Made by a program: the position numbers and the translations under genes. Source: Eledone cirrhosa (Eukaryota). Taken from it: 64,000 nucleotides of DNA. The notes below the pieces were generated by a model. That model searched no databases and was not told the DNA's origin. It saw only the letters and a program-made list of their open reading frames with translations. The stretch covers positions 22,382,001 through 22,446,000 of the forward strand of contig OZ024756.1 of NCBI GenBank assembly GCA_964016885.1, in the 5' to 3' direction. Positions 26,820 through 41,023 of this stretch are shown here, one piece after another. Every line of letters starts with the position of its first letter. Within the stretch, counting starts at the first letter, position 1.

Positions 26820-27340
26820 GTAGAATATCTTCAGAAATATTACACCATATTTTATCACGACATTATACACTAACGTCCAACAAATATAGTCTCTATTACG
26901 AAGTAAACACACATATCCTACACCCAGTGTTAACATTCCAGAGAAAATGTCTCAATGGTATTCAGATGAAACTCTACATGTCTTAGACATAATGATGTAA
27001 AGATACTATGACACATTAGCATATAGAAAGGCAACTAGATTCCATACAATAAATCTGACAATATTTTCGACGACAAAAATGACAGTTATGTATTAATAAT
27101 TAATATTGCAATACCAAATAACTCTAATAGCATGCAGGACTGAGGTGAAAAGCCAAGGATTTACTCAGACTTAGCTACAGGATTAAATATATTGAGGCAG
27201 AAATACATATTCCATTTTATTTGTAATTCGTAAACCAGAAAGGATACACAGTCTTTTCTCCAAAGAATGTATCAGTATATCTCTACCGAAGACATAGTCA
27301 CGTCCCAGAGCATAACAATTTTAAATTATGTAAATATTAT
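26820..27340 (+). mobile_element. Decayed RLE-type (R4/Dong/NeSL-like) non-LTR endonuclease fragment
   Basis: 27045-27200 translates YNKSDNIFDDKNDSYVLIINIAIPNNSNSMQD*GEKPRIYSDLATGLNIL, resembling the NKPD...DIAIP...EKxxKYxDL restriction-like endonuclease signature. Confidence 0.55.
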
Positions 27341-27667
27341 TAGTGCCGTTCCATACAATATTTGTTAACTGTAACATTGTTATGCATTGTTGTATAACAT
27401 TTATCTAATTATTTTGGATGTAAATAAACAAACACTTCGTATATTTTCCTATCCACGAATAATAAATATAACAAGAATATGTATAATAGTTTCTAACCAA
27501 TTGTTCAAGCTAGGTTATTTTTTTATTAGTATGATACCTCTATTGGTCAGAGTGTTGGGTCTGCCAATAACGAAAATGGCATGTCTGGTTGCGTAATGAC
27601 ATCCTATATCTGAGAGAGCATATGTATAAAGATATTAATCGAATAAACACAATATATAGATAGATTG

Positions 27668-27780
<113 letters not shown>

Positions 27781-27804
27781 GTAGAGAGAGATGGAAAGAG
27801 TGGA

Positions 27805-28945
27805 TGATGGATTGTCAAACTTGGTATTGAGTTGGGTAAAATGCCATTGAAATATTTGTTCAGGTTCTTTACATTCTGAATTTAAATGAAGCCGCGGTCA
27901 ATTTTTGCCATTCATCCTTCCAGAGGTGATTGAATAAAGTACTAACCAAGCACAGGGGTCGATATAATCGACTTTTCCTTCGCCTCAAATTTGCTGCCCT
28001 TTTGCCAAAATTACAAACCAATACTATATATACATATATGGTGCGTGTAAGTCTGCAAATGTATATAGAAATATAATATCAAGATTTTCAGAAAATATAC
28101 ACACGAAGGAAAAATATATTATACAAGTAATTGTTTATACTGTTGGCACAAGGCCAGCAATTACTCCAGTGTATTACTGGTACTTTATTTTATCGACCCC
28201 GTAAGGATGAAAGGCAAAGCTAATCACACCAGGATTTGAACACGGAACATAAAGGGCGAAAACTATGCTGCGAAGCATGTGTCTGACGCTGCCAAACCAC
28301 CATAAATAATGACCGAGGATAGAGGTTAAATTAAACGAGTGATATACACTACATTTAGAAAAGTCAGAGAGTATGTCATTTGAATAGAAATCATAGTTTC
28401 AAATCATAGAAATCATAGGCACAAGGCCAGCAATTTTGGGAAGAGAGGAAAGTTAATCCGATCGACATCTGTTCGTGAATGGTACTTTATTTCCTCGACC
28501 CCGGTTAGGATGAAAGGCAAAGCTAACTACGGCGAGATTTGAACTCAGAATGTAAAGGGTCGTAATTATTACATAGGCACAAGGCCAGCAATTTTGAGGG
28601 AGGGGAGAGTCGATTGTGTGACTGTTACTTTATTTTATCGACCCCCGTAAGGATGAAAGGCAAAGTTAACTTTGACAGGATTTGAACTCAGATCATAAAG
28701 GGCCGTAACTATATGCTGCAAAGCATGGCGCCCGACACTACCGATACTGCCAATGCACCGCCCTTGGGATAGGGAATAATTATTTCTACTTTTGGCACAA
28801 GACCAGCAATTATCCGGGTGTATTACTGGTACTTCATTTTATCGACCTCGTAAGGATGAAAGGCAAAGTTAATCTCGGCGGAATTTGAACTCAGATTGTA
28901 AAGGCCCGTAACTATGTGGCGCCCGATATTCTACCGTTACTGTTA
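27805..28945. mobile_element. SINE cluster (one degenerate + copy, four - copies)
   Basis: Same body and tail motifs at about 27805-28020 (+) and at 28140-28300, 28415-28570, 28575-28765 and 28780-28945 (-). Confidence 0.75.
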
Positions 28946-29292
28946 ATAGAGGAGAAAAATACACGAGAACGAAGGAAAGGAGGTATTTATATAAGAGAAG
29001 GGAGAGAACAGGCACCATGAGATAAAATATGGTGAAGCAGATGTACTTCTAACGAATTAATACGACTAAAGTATCTATTATGTGCTTTCAGCTTCTACTT
29101 TCCTTTCATCTTAGTCTTCTGTAACAGTAAACAGTCTACGTTGAAATGGAATTCTGTAATTTGACTGTGCCACTTCATACTGTCAAAAAGGAAGACATTA
29201 CGACGCAGCATCCATCTTATATTGCATCTTCTATGGTTATCTGTCCGTGAACGTGCGTGCATGTCTGCGTATGTATATTGAGTGTATGAGTG

Positions 29293-29380
<88 letters not shown>

Positions 29381-29536
29381 GTTTTAATATAGATGAGATT
29401 CTACAGGACTAGAACTGTTTCATTCATGAAACAGTTCTAGTCCTGTAGAATCTCATCTATATTAAAACTGTTATACTCTGCTATGTATTGAGTACCTTAC
29501 TTACTGTGGTTACCTCCGATTCAACCCGGAATAACG

Positions 29537-29537
<1 letters not shown>
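29381..29537 (+). mobile_element. Family F element, palindromic, in (TA)n
   Basis: Axis near 29424, inside hammerhead stem II. Tail ends CCCGGAATAACG, followed by (TA)n. Confidence 0.7.
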
Positions 29538-29572
<35 letters not shown>

Positions 29573-29784
29573 TCTGATTATGTATGAGGGGTTTATGTGC
29601 TCCTCTTTGCCTATTTGTATGCCTGTGTTTGTGTGTGAAGCGTGGTTGCGTGTGTATGTGTGTCAAGTGTGGTTGTATGTGAGTGTGTGTGGGGCGTGCT
29701 TGCTTGTGTGTGTTTTTATGAGTGTTTGTGTGACACGAGAGTCTGAACTCCGGTGTTAGAGAAAGAGACAGAAAGGTGTATGTA

Positions 29785-30250
29785 TATGAGTATGTGTATG
29801 TATATATGTATGTATATGAGTATATCTATATGAATATGACTATATGTGTATGTATATGAGTATATGTGTATGTATATGAGTATATGTGTATGTATATGAG
29901 TATATGTGTATGTATATGAGTATATGTGTATGTATATATCTATGTATATGTAGATGAGTCTATGAGTATCTATATGATTATATGTGTATGTATAAGAGTA
30001 TATTGGTATCTATAAGAGTATATGTGTATGTATATGAGTATATGTGTACGTATATGAGTATATGTGTATGTCTATGTCTATGAGTATATGTGTATGCATA
30101 TGAGTATATGTGTATCTATATGACTATATGTGTATGTATATGTGTATGTATATGTCTATGTCTATGACTATATGTGTATGTATATGAGTATAAGTGTATG
30201 TATATGAGTATATGTGTATCTATGTGAGTATAGGTCTATGTATATGTATA
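29785..30250. repeat. 20-bp minisatellite TATATGTGTATGTATATGAG
   Basis: Direct inspection. Confidence 0.85.
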
Positions 30251-30670
30251 TGTAAACTGTATCTCATTACCTTTTGGTAGAGGGTGACAAGACTTTCGAA
30301 CAACCCTGTATTCTGAACCTTTACCTTTATTCCGTCCATTACAGTACAACAGCTAAAACCATACTTTTATCGGTGCTTTTGCTTATTATTTCTGGCAGTT
30401 GTTACGACACTCTTGATTTCGAATTCGACGTTGGTTGACTTTTATTCTACCATTTATTCTGTTATTCCACCCGAGGTTAACTTTCCCTTTCATCCTTACG
30501 GGATCGATAAAATAAAGTACCAGTAAGCTACTGTTTAATTGCTGGCCTTGTGCCAAAAGTAGAAACAATTATTCCACCATTATCGATAGATCTTACTCAA
30601 ACCCGCCTACATTTATAGACTTGCTGTCTGGTCGGCTTATATTCGAATATATAGGGTATATATATATATA

Positions 30671-30857
30671 TAACGAAAGAAATGTGGTAAGGAACCAGGT
30701 GGACCATAACGCACCAAAGTACTCAATACTTAGGGTAGTAGAGTGGGTAATAGGAACGAGTAGGACACCGACGGCTGAGCTCAAGCCGTTTCGACTGAGT
30801 CCAGAATTAGCTGTCGAAACGGCTTGAGCTCAGCCGTCGGGGTCCTACTCGTTCCTA
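30671..30857 (-). mobile_element. Family A element, palindromic
   Basis: Same family; inverted arms around 30795-30812; (TA)n flanks. Confidence 0.65.
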
Positions 30858-31169
30858 TATATATATACATATATACTCAATATACACATGTAAACATACG
30901 TTCAGAAGCATTCTCACGAATCAGCAAAATCATATATATATATATTGTAAAAATATTGATGTAATTCAATTCAAGAACTCAACGTGCATATTCCCTTATT
31001 GTCTCCCTCACTCTCTCTGTATATATATATATATATATATATACATATACACACACTCTTCATATATAAATATTCAAATCCATATATATGCAAACCGACA
31101 CACTCAGAGAAAAATGCGCACATATACATGTAGAAATATATATACAGTTATATGTAAAAAGAATACACG

Positions 31170-31242
<73 letters not shown>

Positions 31243-31474
31243 GTTTACACAGTGACTAGATTAAAATCAACCACTACACAGTGTGGAAGCATACTCTTTA
31301 CATATCTACGGAAATATAACTCATACATATACGCACACGTACATTCATACACACACACTACACACACATGTATATGCACATACACACACACACTACACAC
31401 ATATATATACACACACACATACACATATATATATATATATACACACACACACATACGCACACATATATATATAT

Positions 31475-31519
<45 letters not shown>

Positions 31520-32592
31520 CACACGCATATATGCACACATACACACACGTGCACACATATACATACATAAACATCTATATATATATAAACACACAGACTC
31601 ACAAAACTGCCACTATGAAGAATCGTTTCCTGTCCAGGCGATGAACAGAATGGCTGCGACGTTTATGCCATAGTGACACTGAAATCATTGAAGCTAGTTC
31701 CAATATTACGATTTCTAACAGCGAAAAATAAAGAAACCGAGAAACGTAAGATCTGACGTGCTTGATAAAGATAAACATTGTTTGTCTAATTTCAAATTAA
31801 AGATGGCGTATATCGTGGCTTTGGTAATGGCGTCGCTACAAAAGGGAGACCATTGTATAGATGAGTTGAGTTGGATGAAAGAGTGTGTGTGTGTGAGTCG
31901 CTGCTTAACAACAACGACGCATTCTTTTCTTGCCCACATCTCTTCCTGTATGTGTGTATGTATGTGTGTATGTGTGTGTATGTGTGTGTGTATGTGTGTG
32001 TGTGTATGTGTGTATGAATGTGTGTATGAATGTGTGTATGAATGTGTGTATGAATGTGTGTATGAATGTGTGTATGTATGTGTGTATGAATGTGTGTATG
32101 AATGTGTGTATGAATGTGTGTAGGTATGTGTGTAGGTATAGGTGTAGGTATGTGTGTAGGTATGTGCGTATGTATGTGCGTATGTATGTGCGTATGTATG
32201 TCCCTATGTGTGCGTATGTGTGTGTATGTGCGCATATATATAACCACTCACACACACACATATATGTATATATATATATATATATATATACACAAATGTA
32301 TACAGGTCTGCGGAAATAAACGGTTAAATAACACAGTAGAATGAAGATACATATCGTTTGATCGCATATGGTATGAAAATTGTTTTAACGTTTTGGGCTT
32401 AGATTCTTCATCAAAAGACAAAATGAGAAATAATGGAGAGATAAAGTGACGAGGGGTAGTAATTGAGAGGTTTGTTTGTAGAGAAAGCACATCTCTGTTA
32501 GATAATGGGCGTTCATATATATATTACACAAAGTATTGAGTACTCTGTAGGTTGAGTAAAGGTCTAACTAGTTTCAAACTGATTCTATCCTG

Positions 32593-32623
<31 letters not shown>

Positions 32624-32733
32624 AGATCAAAAGATGATCTTATATATTATGTATACTCCACTACTACAAACTGTAGAGTGCTTCTTATCCGATATCTGCA
32701 TTGCTTTATTGTACTACAATAAAACTCACCTCC

Positions 32734-32790
<57 letters not shown>

Positions 32791-32921
32791 AGTGTAATTT
32801 TCTACACAAAACGAAGGTTATAGAGAAAATTGAGGTTGGTAATGGCACATGGAATATATAAGAGACAGAATACTTGTTTGTGAAAAAACATATAATTTTA
32901 TAAGGTAAGGAAATAATAAAG

Positions 32922-32957
<36 letters not shown>

Positions 32958-32958
<1 letters not shown>

Positions 32959-33157
32959 CGGACCTGTTAATTTTCTCTAAAGACATTTTTCTCCAATTCC
33001 AACCCACCCGTCTCTTTCCTTCAATCTATGTATTGCTCATTCTTTCCTCTGATGAAGGATTAGCGTCCGAAACGTTAAGACCCTCTTCCTGCTATTCCAA
33101 GCGTTAATCTAATATATACCTTCCATATACTGTACCGATTGTGTTGTTATTTCTGTT

Positions 33158-33163
<6 letters not shown>
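32958..33163 (+). mobile_element. Family E hammerhead-bearing element in (TA)n
   Basis: Colinear with the reverse complement of 16034-16235; degenerate third copy at about 32310-32460 (-). Confidence 0.6.
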
Positions 33164-33202
<39 letters not shown>

Positions 33203-33847
33203 CAATTAGAAATAATATATTTGTATCACTTACACATCATGTACTGTTACCGCTCCCAATGTCTTCCAAACAATAGAATACTTTCACATTCTATCGCAGG
33301 TTCAGTTTAGAGGTAATTATTCATTGCATATACCTAAAGAATGATTGATTGTGTTTGTCAAATTTATATCTTTCCGAGTCTCAATTAATCACGGAATTTA
33401 TAATACTTCTATCTCTGGTTTTATTTCTTTTTAAATAATTTATTCTTCTCTCTCGAGTCATCCTTCTTTCGAAGCTGAAGCATTCACTTGTCTTCTAATG
33501 GCTCTCCACACCTGCTTAATCTTCCAAGTCACTGATGTTGACCAAAGGAAAGGCAATGTCCGATACATCCTGGCACCAGTGTAATTGCTTCCATTAGTAT
33601 TTCTATTGCTGATACTATCTACCGGTAGCAACTCGTAGCAGAGAGAGCAACGTGAAATAAAGTGATTTCTCAAGGACATAACGATTTGACTGGCCTGAGA
33701 ATTGAACTCAGAACCTCACGATTGTGGATCCAATTCTATAACCGCTTAGCCTTCCGCCTTCACATTTGACGGTCATAGTTAAGTATATATAATATACGTG
33801 GGCATGTGTACACAACTGTTTAAGCTAAGGTGATCGAGGGCCTTAGT

Positions 33848-33964
<117 letters not shown>

Positions 33965-34424
33965 CTCGTGAACGTATGTATACAAATGTTACAATGACTG
34001 ACGGTCATAGTTATATATAATATAGTGGACAAATGTATATAAATATCATTCGTTCTAGATATAGAAGAGACAGACGGATTAGCCTTATTGGTTTCATATG
34101 CACCTGACGTCTTCATCAGGGAGCATATATCTGTATTGTTTATCGTTAGATATACATTACTCTACATTTTAAGTTAGGAAAAGTATGACATTCAATGCTT
34201 AATTAATTAAAAGCGTGTTTCGATGTGTGCCAGTATTTAAATGTATGTATGTATGTATATGTGTGTGTAAGTGTGTGCGCGATCGTTTCTTCGTGTGTAT
34301 ATACATATACATTTATATAAATACATTTATATACATATACATGCATATACATTCATATACATACACATATATACACACATGAATACATACACAAACACAC
34401 ACACACACACAACACACACACATA

Positions 34425-34985
34425 TATATATATATGAATACATATATATACACATATATATGAATACATATATATACACATATATATGAATACATATATA
34501 TACACACATATATATGAATACATATATATATACACATATATATGAATACATATATATACACATATATATGAATACATATATATATACACATATATATGAA
34601 TACATATATATATACACATATATATGAATACATATATATACACATATATATGAATACATATATATACACATATATATGAATACATATATATACACATATA
34701 TATGAATACATATATATACACATATATATGAATACATATATATACATATATACACATATATATGAATACATATATATATACACATATATATGAATACATA
34801 TATATACACATATATATGAATACATATATATACACATATATATGAATACATATATATACATACATATATATGAATACATATATATGAATACATATATATA
34901 TACACATATATGAATACATATATATACACATATATATGAATACATATATATACACATATATATGAATACATAGATATGAATATAT
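34425..34985. repeat. (TA)-derived minisatellite with GAATAC / CAC interruptions
   Basis: Direct inspection. Confidence 0.85.
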
Positions 34986-35399
34986 ATATGCACATATACA
35001 TATACACGTGCACGCAGACACACACACACACACCTATATATATATATATATTTGCAGACACTTATGCACATAGTCATATGTAAGAGATACATACATCGAC
35101 AGTCTAGAACCAAGCAGGGAAGCAGTCTATTGCAAGTAAGCTGGCTAGTTGTGTGAATTCAATTAGGTACACTTAGTTGCCACGCTGTTTCTCGTACAAG
35201 GTAGTATATCAAGCTGATTGCTATCACCTACACGGACATATCTATGGCAGAAAAAATATATGAAGGAAAATCTCGCCTCTCGACAGCCCAACCTCCCGTC
35301 TCTTGTGTTATGCATCCATCAGCTAAATGGGAGGAAAATAGAACAAGAGAGAACGATGTAGAGAGAGGGAATTATACAGAGACAGACAGACATAGATAG

Positions 35400-35407
35400 G
35401 GAGATAA

Positions 35408-35475
<68 letters not shown>

Positions 35476-36030
35476 TCAAAGATAGAGAGTTAGAGACAGA
35501 GAGTTAGAAAGAGAGAGACAGAGAGAAGGAGAGACAGAGAGAAGGAGAGACAGAGAGACAGAGAGAAGGAGAGACAGAGAGAAGGAGAGACAGAGAGAAG
35601 GAGAGACAGAGAGAAGAAGAGACAGAGAGGAGAGACAGAGAGAAGGAGAGACAGGGAGAAGGAGAAACAGAGAGAAGGAGAGACAGAGAGACAGAGAGAA
35701 GGAGAGACAGAGAGAAGGAGAGACAGAGAGAGACAGAGAGACTGAGAGACAGAGAGAAGGAGAGACAGAGGGAGGGAGAGTTAGAGACAGAGTTAGAGAC
35801 AGAGAGAGAAAGAGAGTTAGAGACAGAGTGAGAGTTAGACAGAGAGAGAGAGAGATAGTTAGAGGCAGATAGAGAGATAGTTAGCGAGAGATATATATAT
35901 ATATAGAGAGAGAGAGAGCGAGAGATAGAGATAGAGATAGAGATAGGGAGAGAGAGAGTTAGAGAGAGAGAGTTAGAGAGATAGATAGAGAGATAGAGAG
36001 ATATAGATAAATAGATAGAGAGCGAGATAA
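35400..36030. repeat. (GA)n and GAGACAGAGAGAAGGA polypurine repeats
   Basis: Direct inspection. Confidence 0.85.
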
Positions 36031-36184
36031 AAAGGACAGAGTACAGAGTGTGACAGAGAGGAGAGAGTAAGTGGGTGAGTAAAGAGGGGGAGGAACTTGA
36101 CAGAGAAGCAGAGTTAGGAATATATACTATCATATAGTTGATGATGTTCTTCTTGTTGTTGGTGTTATTATTTGGTTGTATCCA

Positions 36185-36350
36185 TAGAGGGTCGGACGCC
36201 ATGCTTTCCAGCATAGTTACGTCCCTTTACGATCTGAGTTCAAATCCCGCCGAGGTTAACTTTGCCTTTCCTCCTTACGGGGTCGATAAAATAAAGTACC
36301 AGTAATGCACTGGGATAATTGCTGGCCTTGTGCCTAAAGTAGAAACAATT
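36185..36350 (+). mobile_element. SINE copy
   Basis: Near-consensus body and tail. Confidence 0.85.
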
Positions 36351-36417
36351 ATTTGGATGTTGAAACAAATTCGTTGTTGAGTGAATGATGATGGTTGTTG
36401 AGTTCTGATTATTACAC

Positions 36418-37228
36418 ACGTACCAATGTTTAGTTTATGGTACATAGGTACCAATGTTTAGTTTATGGTACATAGGTACCAATGTTTAGTTTATGGTACA
36501 TAGGGACCAATGTTTAGTTTATGGTACATAGGTACCAATGTTTAGTTTATGGTACATAGGTACCAATGTTTAGTTTATGGTACATAGGTACCAATGTTTA
36601 GTTTATGGTACATAGGTACCAATGTTTAGTTTGTGGTACATAGGTACCAATGTTTAGTTTATGGTACATAGGTACCAATGTTTAGTGGATTGGTAGTATC
36701 GGTAGAGGGTCGGACGCCATGCTTTCCAGCATAGTTACGGCCCTTTATGATCAGAGTTCAAATTCCGCCGAGGTTAACTTTGCCTTTCATACTTAATAAA
36801 GGGTCGATAAAATAAAGTACCAGTAATACACTGGGATAATTGCAGGCCTTGTGCCAAAAGTAGAAACAATTATAACATAGGTACCAATGTCTAGTCTATT
36901 ATGACAGGTACCAATGCCTAGTTTATTATGACATAGGTACCAATGTCTAGTCTATTATGACAGGTACCAATGTCTAGTTTATTATGACAGGTACCAATGT
37001 CTAGTTTATTACGACACAGGTACCAATATCTAGTTTATTATGACATAGGAACCACTGTCTAGTTTATGACATAGGTACCAATATCTAGTTTATTATGACA
37101 TAGGTACCAATGTCTAGTTTATGACATAGGTACCAATGTCTAGTTTATGACACAGGTACCAATGTCTAGTTTATTATGACATAGGTACCAATGTCTAGTT
37201 TATGACATAGGTACCAAACTTTAGTTTA
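36418..37228. repeat. 26-29-bp minisatellite CATAGGTACCAATGT(T/C)TAGTTTAT..., split by a SINE
   Basis: Direct inspection. Confidence 0.9.
36686..36872 (+). mobile_element. SINE inserted in a 28-bp minisatellite
   Basis: Full head, body and tail interrupting the array. Confidence 0.85.
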
Positions 37229-37602
37229 TTGGGGTCGATAAAATAAAGTACCAGCAACGTACTGGGTAATTGCTGGCATTGTACCAAAAGTAGAAACAAT
37301 TATTACATACGTACCAATCTTATTTTAGATGAGTGTTACTTCCCAAGAAAAATTTTGCTATGCTACTGCACAAGCTCCTTCAGATTGTATCTCTACTAAG
37401 TATGTAGGACATACATACATACATCATCCATCCAACCTCATCTATACATGCATACATACATCATACAAACATACATCCGTACATCCATCCATACATCCAT
37501 CCATCCATACATTCATCCATACATTCATGCCTCCAGAAAAAAAGAAAGAACACGACTCGTTTGGAAATTACAAGTACAATCCATTAATGGAACAGTAAAA
37601 AA

Positions 37603-37785
37603 TGTTTCTACTTTTGGCACAAGGCCAGCAAATTACCCAGTACATTACTGGTACTTTATTTTATCGACCCCGTAAGGATGAAAGGCAAAGTTTACCTCGG
37701 CGGGATTTGAACTCAGACCGTAAAGGGACGTAACTATACTGGAAAGCATGGCGTCCGACTCTCTACCGATACTGCCAATCCACCG
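37603..37785 (-). mobile_element. SINE copy
   Basis: Full length and near consensus; GGAACAGTAA occurs on both sides (possible TSD). Confidence 0.85.
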
Positions 37786-38062
37786 CAGTGGAACAGTAAT
37801 GATATGTAAAACATTCCAAAAATTCTGTATCTATTAACTGCATATACTCATCTACAGATACAAAGCATATGCACATGCGCACTAACTCAAAAATTTCACA
37901 TCCACATATACAATAACTTCCATAACTGCACACACGTGATTGCATGCAGACATGCACACATATCTACCTAGTTGACGTTGTGTAAATTCCAATGAGAGAG
38001 TCTTGTATGTTAGAAAACGATTCTCTCTCTATAGGCAAAAATGTATAAAATTGTAAACTCAC

Positions 38063-38102
<40 letters not shown>

Positions 38103-38514
38103 TTCATAAATAAATACATACATACATACGTACATTGGAGGTCTGCAAGAAAGGTTTCACCAGAATGAACATCGCAAAAGGCCTGCAAGGTTTTAGAGAT
38201 GGTATCATTTCGTTACTTTTATTGTATTGTTTTAATGTTTGTAGCAAGATGTAAAAGGGCAAGTGAGATAATACTATCTACGAATTTTTTTCAGAAAAAT
38301 AGGCAATTCAGTATTTAGTCCATCTTTCCTTTAAAGCCAACTAGAGTTAGCAACAGCTATGATCAATTTACACACACACATTATATCTCTATATAAAATG
38401 TCTCTCTGTCTGTCTGTTCCTATGGATTCTCTAACAGCTGGGCCAAATCAAATTAATGTTTACAAGGTAATAGTGTTAGATCCCGGGAGTGTCAACATGT
38501 AATCATTATTTTCA

Positions 38515-38692
38515 TTGGCAGTATCGGTAGAGGGTCAGACACCATGCTTTCCAGCATAGTTACGTCCCTTTACGATCTGAGTTCAAATCCCGCCGAGGTT
38601 GACTTTGCCTTTCATCCTTACGGGGTCGATAAAATAAAGTACCAGTAATGCACTGGGATAATTGATGGCCTTGTGCCAAAAGTAGAAACAAT
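38515..38692 (+). mobile_element. SINE with target-site duplication
   Basis: ATTATTTTCATT at 38505-38516 and 38691-38702. Confidence 0.85.
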
Positions 38693-39068
38693 TATTTTCA
38701 TTTGGATTTAAACAATATAAGAGTTTATCTAAAGTAATATTTTTATAGTCAACTATATTAAATCACGACGACGCCGGATTGTGTATGTGTGTGATTGCGT
38801 GTGTGGTTGCGTGTGTGCGTGTGTCTGTTTTCGTATATGTATGTGAATGTATTTGAGAGTGAGTGAGTGTACGTGAGAGTGTATGCGTTTGTGAGTGTAT
38901 GCGTTTGTGAGTGTATGCGTTTGTGAGTGTGTATGCGTGTTGACTATCAACGATATTTTCTTTAGTCAACTATAGTATACCACCACAACGAAGTTACATT
39001 TTGTATATGAGCGAGCACATAGACAATTAAAGACACACACATACATATGTGATGACAGGTGTTTGTGA

Positions 39069-39108
<40 letters not shown>

Positions 39109-39602
39109 CTTAGTATAGGTATGTGAGTGTATGTGAGAGTGTGTGAGAGTGTGTGAGAGTGTGTGAGTGTACGTGAGAGTATGTGTGTGTGTGTGTGTGA
39201 GTGTATGTGTGTGTGTGTGAGTGTATGTGTGTGAATCTTTATTTTCATCTGGATTAAAATAATAGGACGTCACATTTTGTATATGAATATGTGTCTGTGA
39301 GTGTGTGTGTGTTTGTGCGTTCATTAGACACGTTATTAAATACACACAAACATATATGAATTACACAATGAATATTGTTTACCCTAAGGTGATTCAAGAT
39401 TGACAGATTTTCCTTTCTAAATTCTATTATTACAATTTTGGTAATTTTTAAATAAAATAAAGATATTTTGAAATAATTGTGAGAAAAAGAGCAAACATAT
39501 CTTCGTATTTATTGTTTACTAATCTGAATAAGAACAGCAGTAACCGGGGCAACGTCGGGTTGGATAATTCAGCTAATATATATATATATATATATATATA
39601 TA

Positions 39603-39798
39603 CGTTATTCCGGGTTGAATCGGAGGTAACCACAGTAAGTAAGGTACTCAATACATTGCAGAGTATAAAAATTTTAATATAGATGAGATTCTACAGGACT
39701 AGAACTGTTTCATTCTTTAGAAATCATCAGGAATCTCTGATGATTTCTAAAGAATGAAACAGTTCTAGTCCTGTAGAATCTCATATATATTAAAACTA
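39603..39798 (-). mobile_element. Family F element, palindromic, in (TA)n
   Basis: Axis near 39733-39736, two hammerhead cores in opposite orientation, (TA)n flanks. Confidence 0.7.
39687..39735 (-). ncRNA. Minimal type-I hammerhead ribozyme motif (family F)
   Basis: Minus strand reads GATTC-CTGATGA-TTTCTAAAGAAT-GAA-ACAG-TTCTAGTC-CTGT-A|GAATC. Stem I GAUUC/GAAUC, stem III ACAG/CUGU, GUA cleavage triplet. Confidence 0.75.
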
Positions 39799-39980
39799 TA
39801 TATATATATAATATCCGTAGGTGTAGAAAATAACAAACGAAAAAATGCTCAATTATGAGGAGAGCTGATATATATTATTTATTAGATTTATACACGGAAT
39901 AAAATCCCTACCCGAGGTTTCAATGCCAAATATATTGAATATACATAAATATACAAATATACATATGTATACGCCCTTAT

Positions 39981-40016
<36 letters not shown>

Positions 40017-40029
40017 CGACAGTCGATCG

Positions 40030-40229
40030 ACTTTCGTCAAATCGGAACGAGGAAACAATGTTTCCGTTGGTCTTTCCAATTGCTAATAGTATATATCGGT
40101 CGCAACTCCAAGTAGAAGGAACCACGTGAAATAAAGGACATAACACATCGCAGCACGGTCCGGGAATCGAACTCACAACCTCACTATGGCGAATCCAATG
40201 CTCTTACCACAAGGCCACGCGCCTTCACT
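40030..40229 (-). mobile_element. Second tRNA-derived SINE family
   Basis: Minus strand reads GTGAAGGCGCGTGGCCTTGTGGTAAGAGC...GAGTTCGATTCCCGG (A- and B-box). Related degenerate copy at about 33600-33762 (-). Confidence 0.6.
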
Positions 40230-40553
40230 ATACATACATATATATATAATATATATTATATATATATATATATATAATATATATTCAGTGAGAGAGAGGG
40301 GGAGGTGTATTGACGTTGATTATGAGTACTGCGAATATGGGGTAAGACAGAATAATTTAGGAGATTATTGTCTGTGTGAAATTCCCATACGGTAGATTCT
40401 CAAGCAAGCAGTGTATTGGCAGAGACGCTTAAATGTTTAAATGTATTGCGGTATTTCTTTCGATTTTTATATAGCAATGTCCGCTATATATATATAAATA
40501 TATATATTGAAATAGATTGCTAATTAATTGACTGGTTAGAATGTTGAATTATA

Positions 40554-41023
40554 TTGTGACGGTCAACTGAAAAGTTCATAAGATGACTAATTAGGGTTGA
40601 TGCTAGGCTGTGAAATATTGCGCGCATTAATTTCAACTGTTCTTAATAACTACATTTTTTCTTTTCAAGGATTATGTTGAAAAATAAACCTCATTTGGTC
40701 ATTCCATGCGTGTATCTTCGTCAGCCTATAAAGGTGTGATGCTATAGCTCTGAAATCTTGTATACGTTAATTTCAAATGTTCTTAACTGCATTTTTTTCT
40801 TTCCAGTGACTATGTTGCAAAATAAACCTTCTTTGGTCATGAGATTATCTTGGTCAGCCTATGGGGTGATGCTAGAGCTGTGAAATCTTTCATGCGTTAA
40901 TATTCAAATATTACTAATAACTGCATTGTATCTTTCCAGGGGTTATGTTGAAAAATAAACCTCCTTTGGTCATTCCATGAGAGTATCTTGGTCAGCCTAT
41001 GAACGTTCCAGCTTCACCTCGTA
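40554..41023 (+). mobile_element. Mariner-derived MITE with an internally triplicated unit of about 135 bp
   Basis: Imperfect TIRs (5' TGTGACGGTCAACTGAAAAGTTCATAAGATGACTAA; 3' reverse complement TACGAGGTGAAGCTGGAACGTTCATAGGCTGACCAA). Each unit retains a variant of GAT TAT GTT GAA AAA TAA (DYVEK*), a mariner transposase C-terminus. Confidence 0.7.

Noticed and set aside
31600-31930. Unique-looking islands that might be host exons (also about 17740-17860, 29040-29240 and 35080-35330)
   Set aside because: No convincing ORF, splice-site pair or homology recognisable by eye.
36418-37228. Regularly spaced repeats of about 28 bp with a palindromic GGTACC (CRISPR-like appearance)
   Set aside because: No unique spacers, no cas genes, eukaryotic context.
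38385-38510. Helitron-like 5' end (TCTCTATATAAAA...CTGTCTGTCTG)
   Set aside because: No matching 3' hairpin/CTAG end found; too weak to call.
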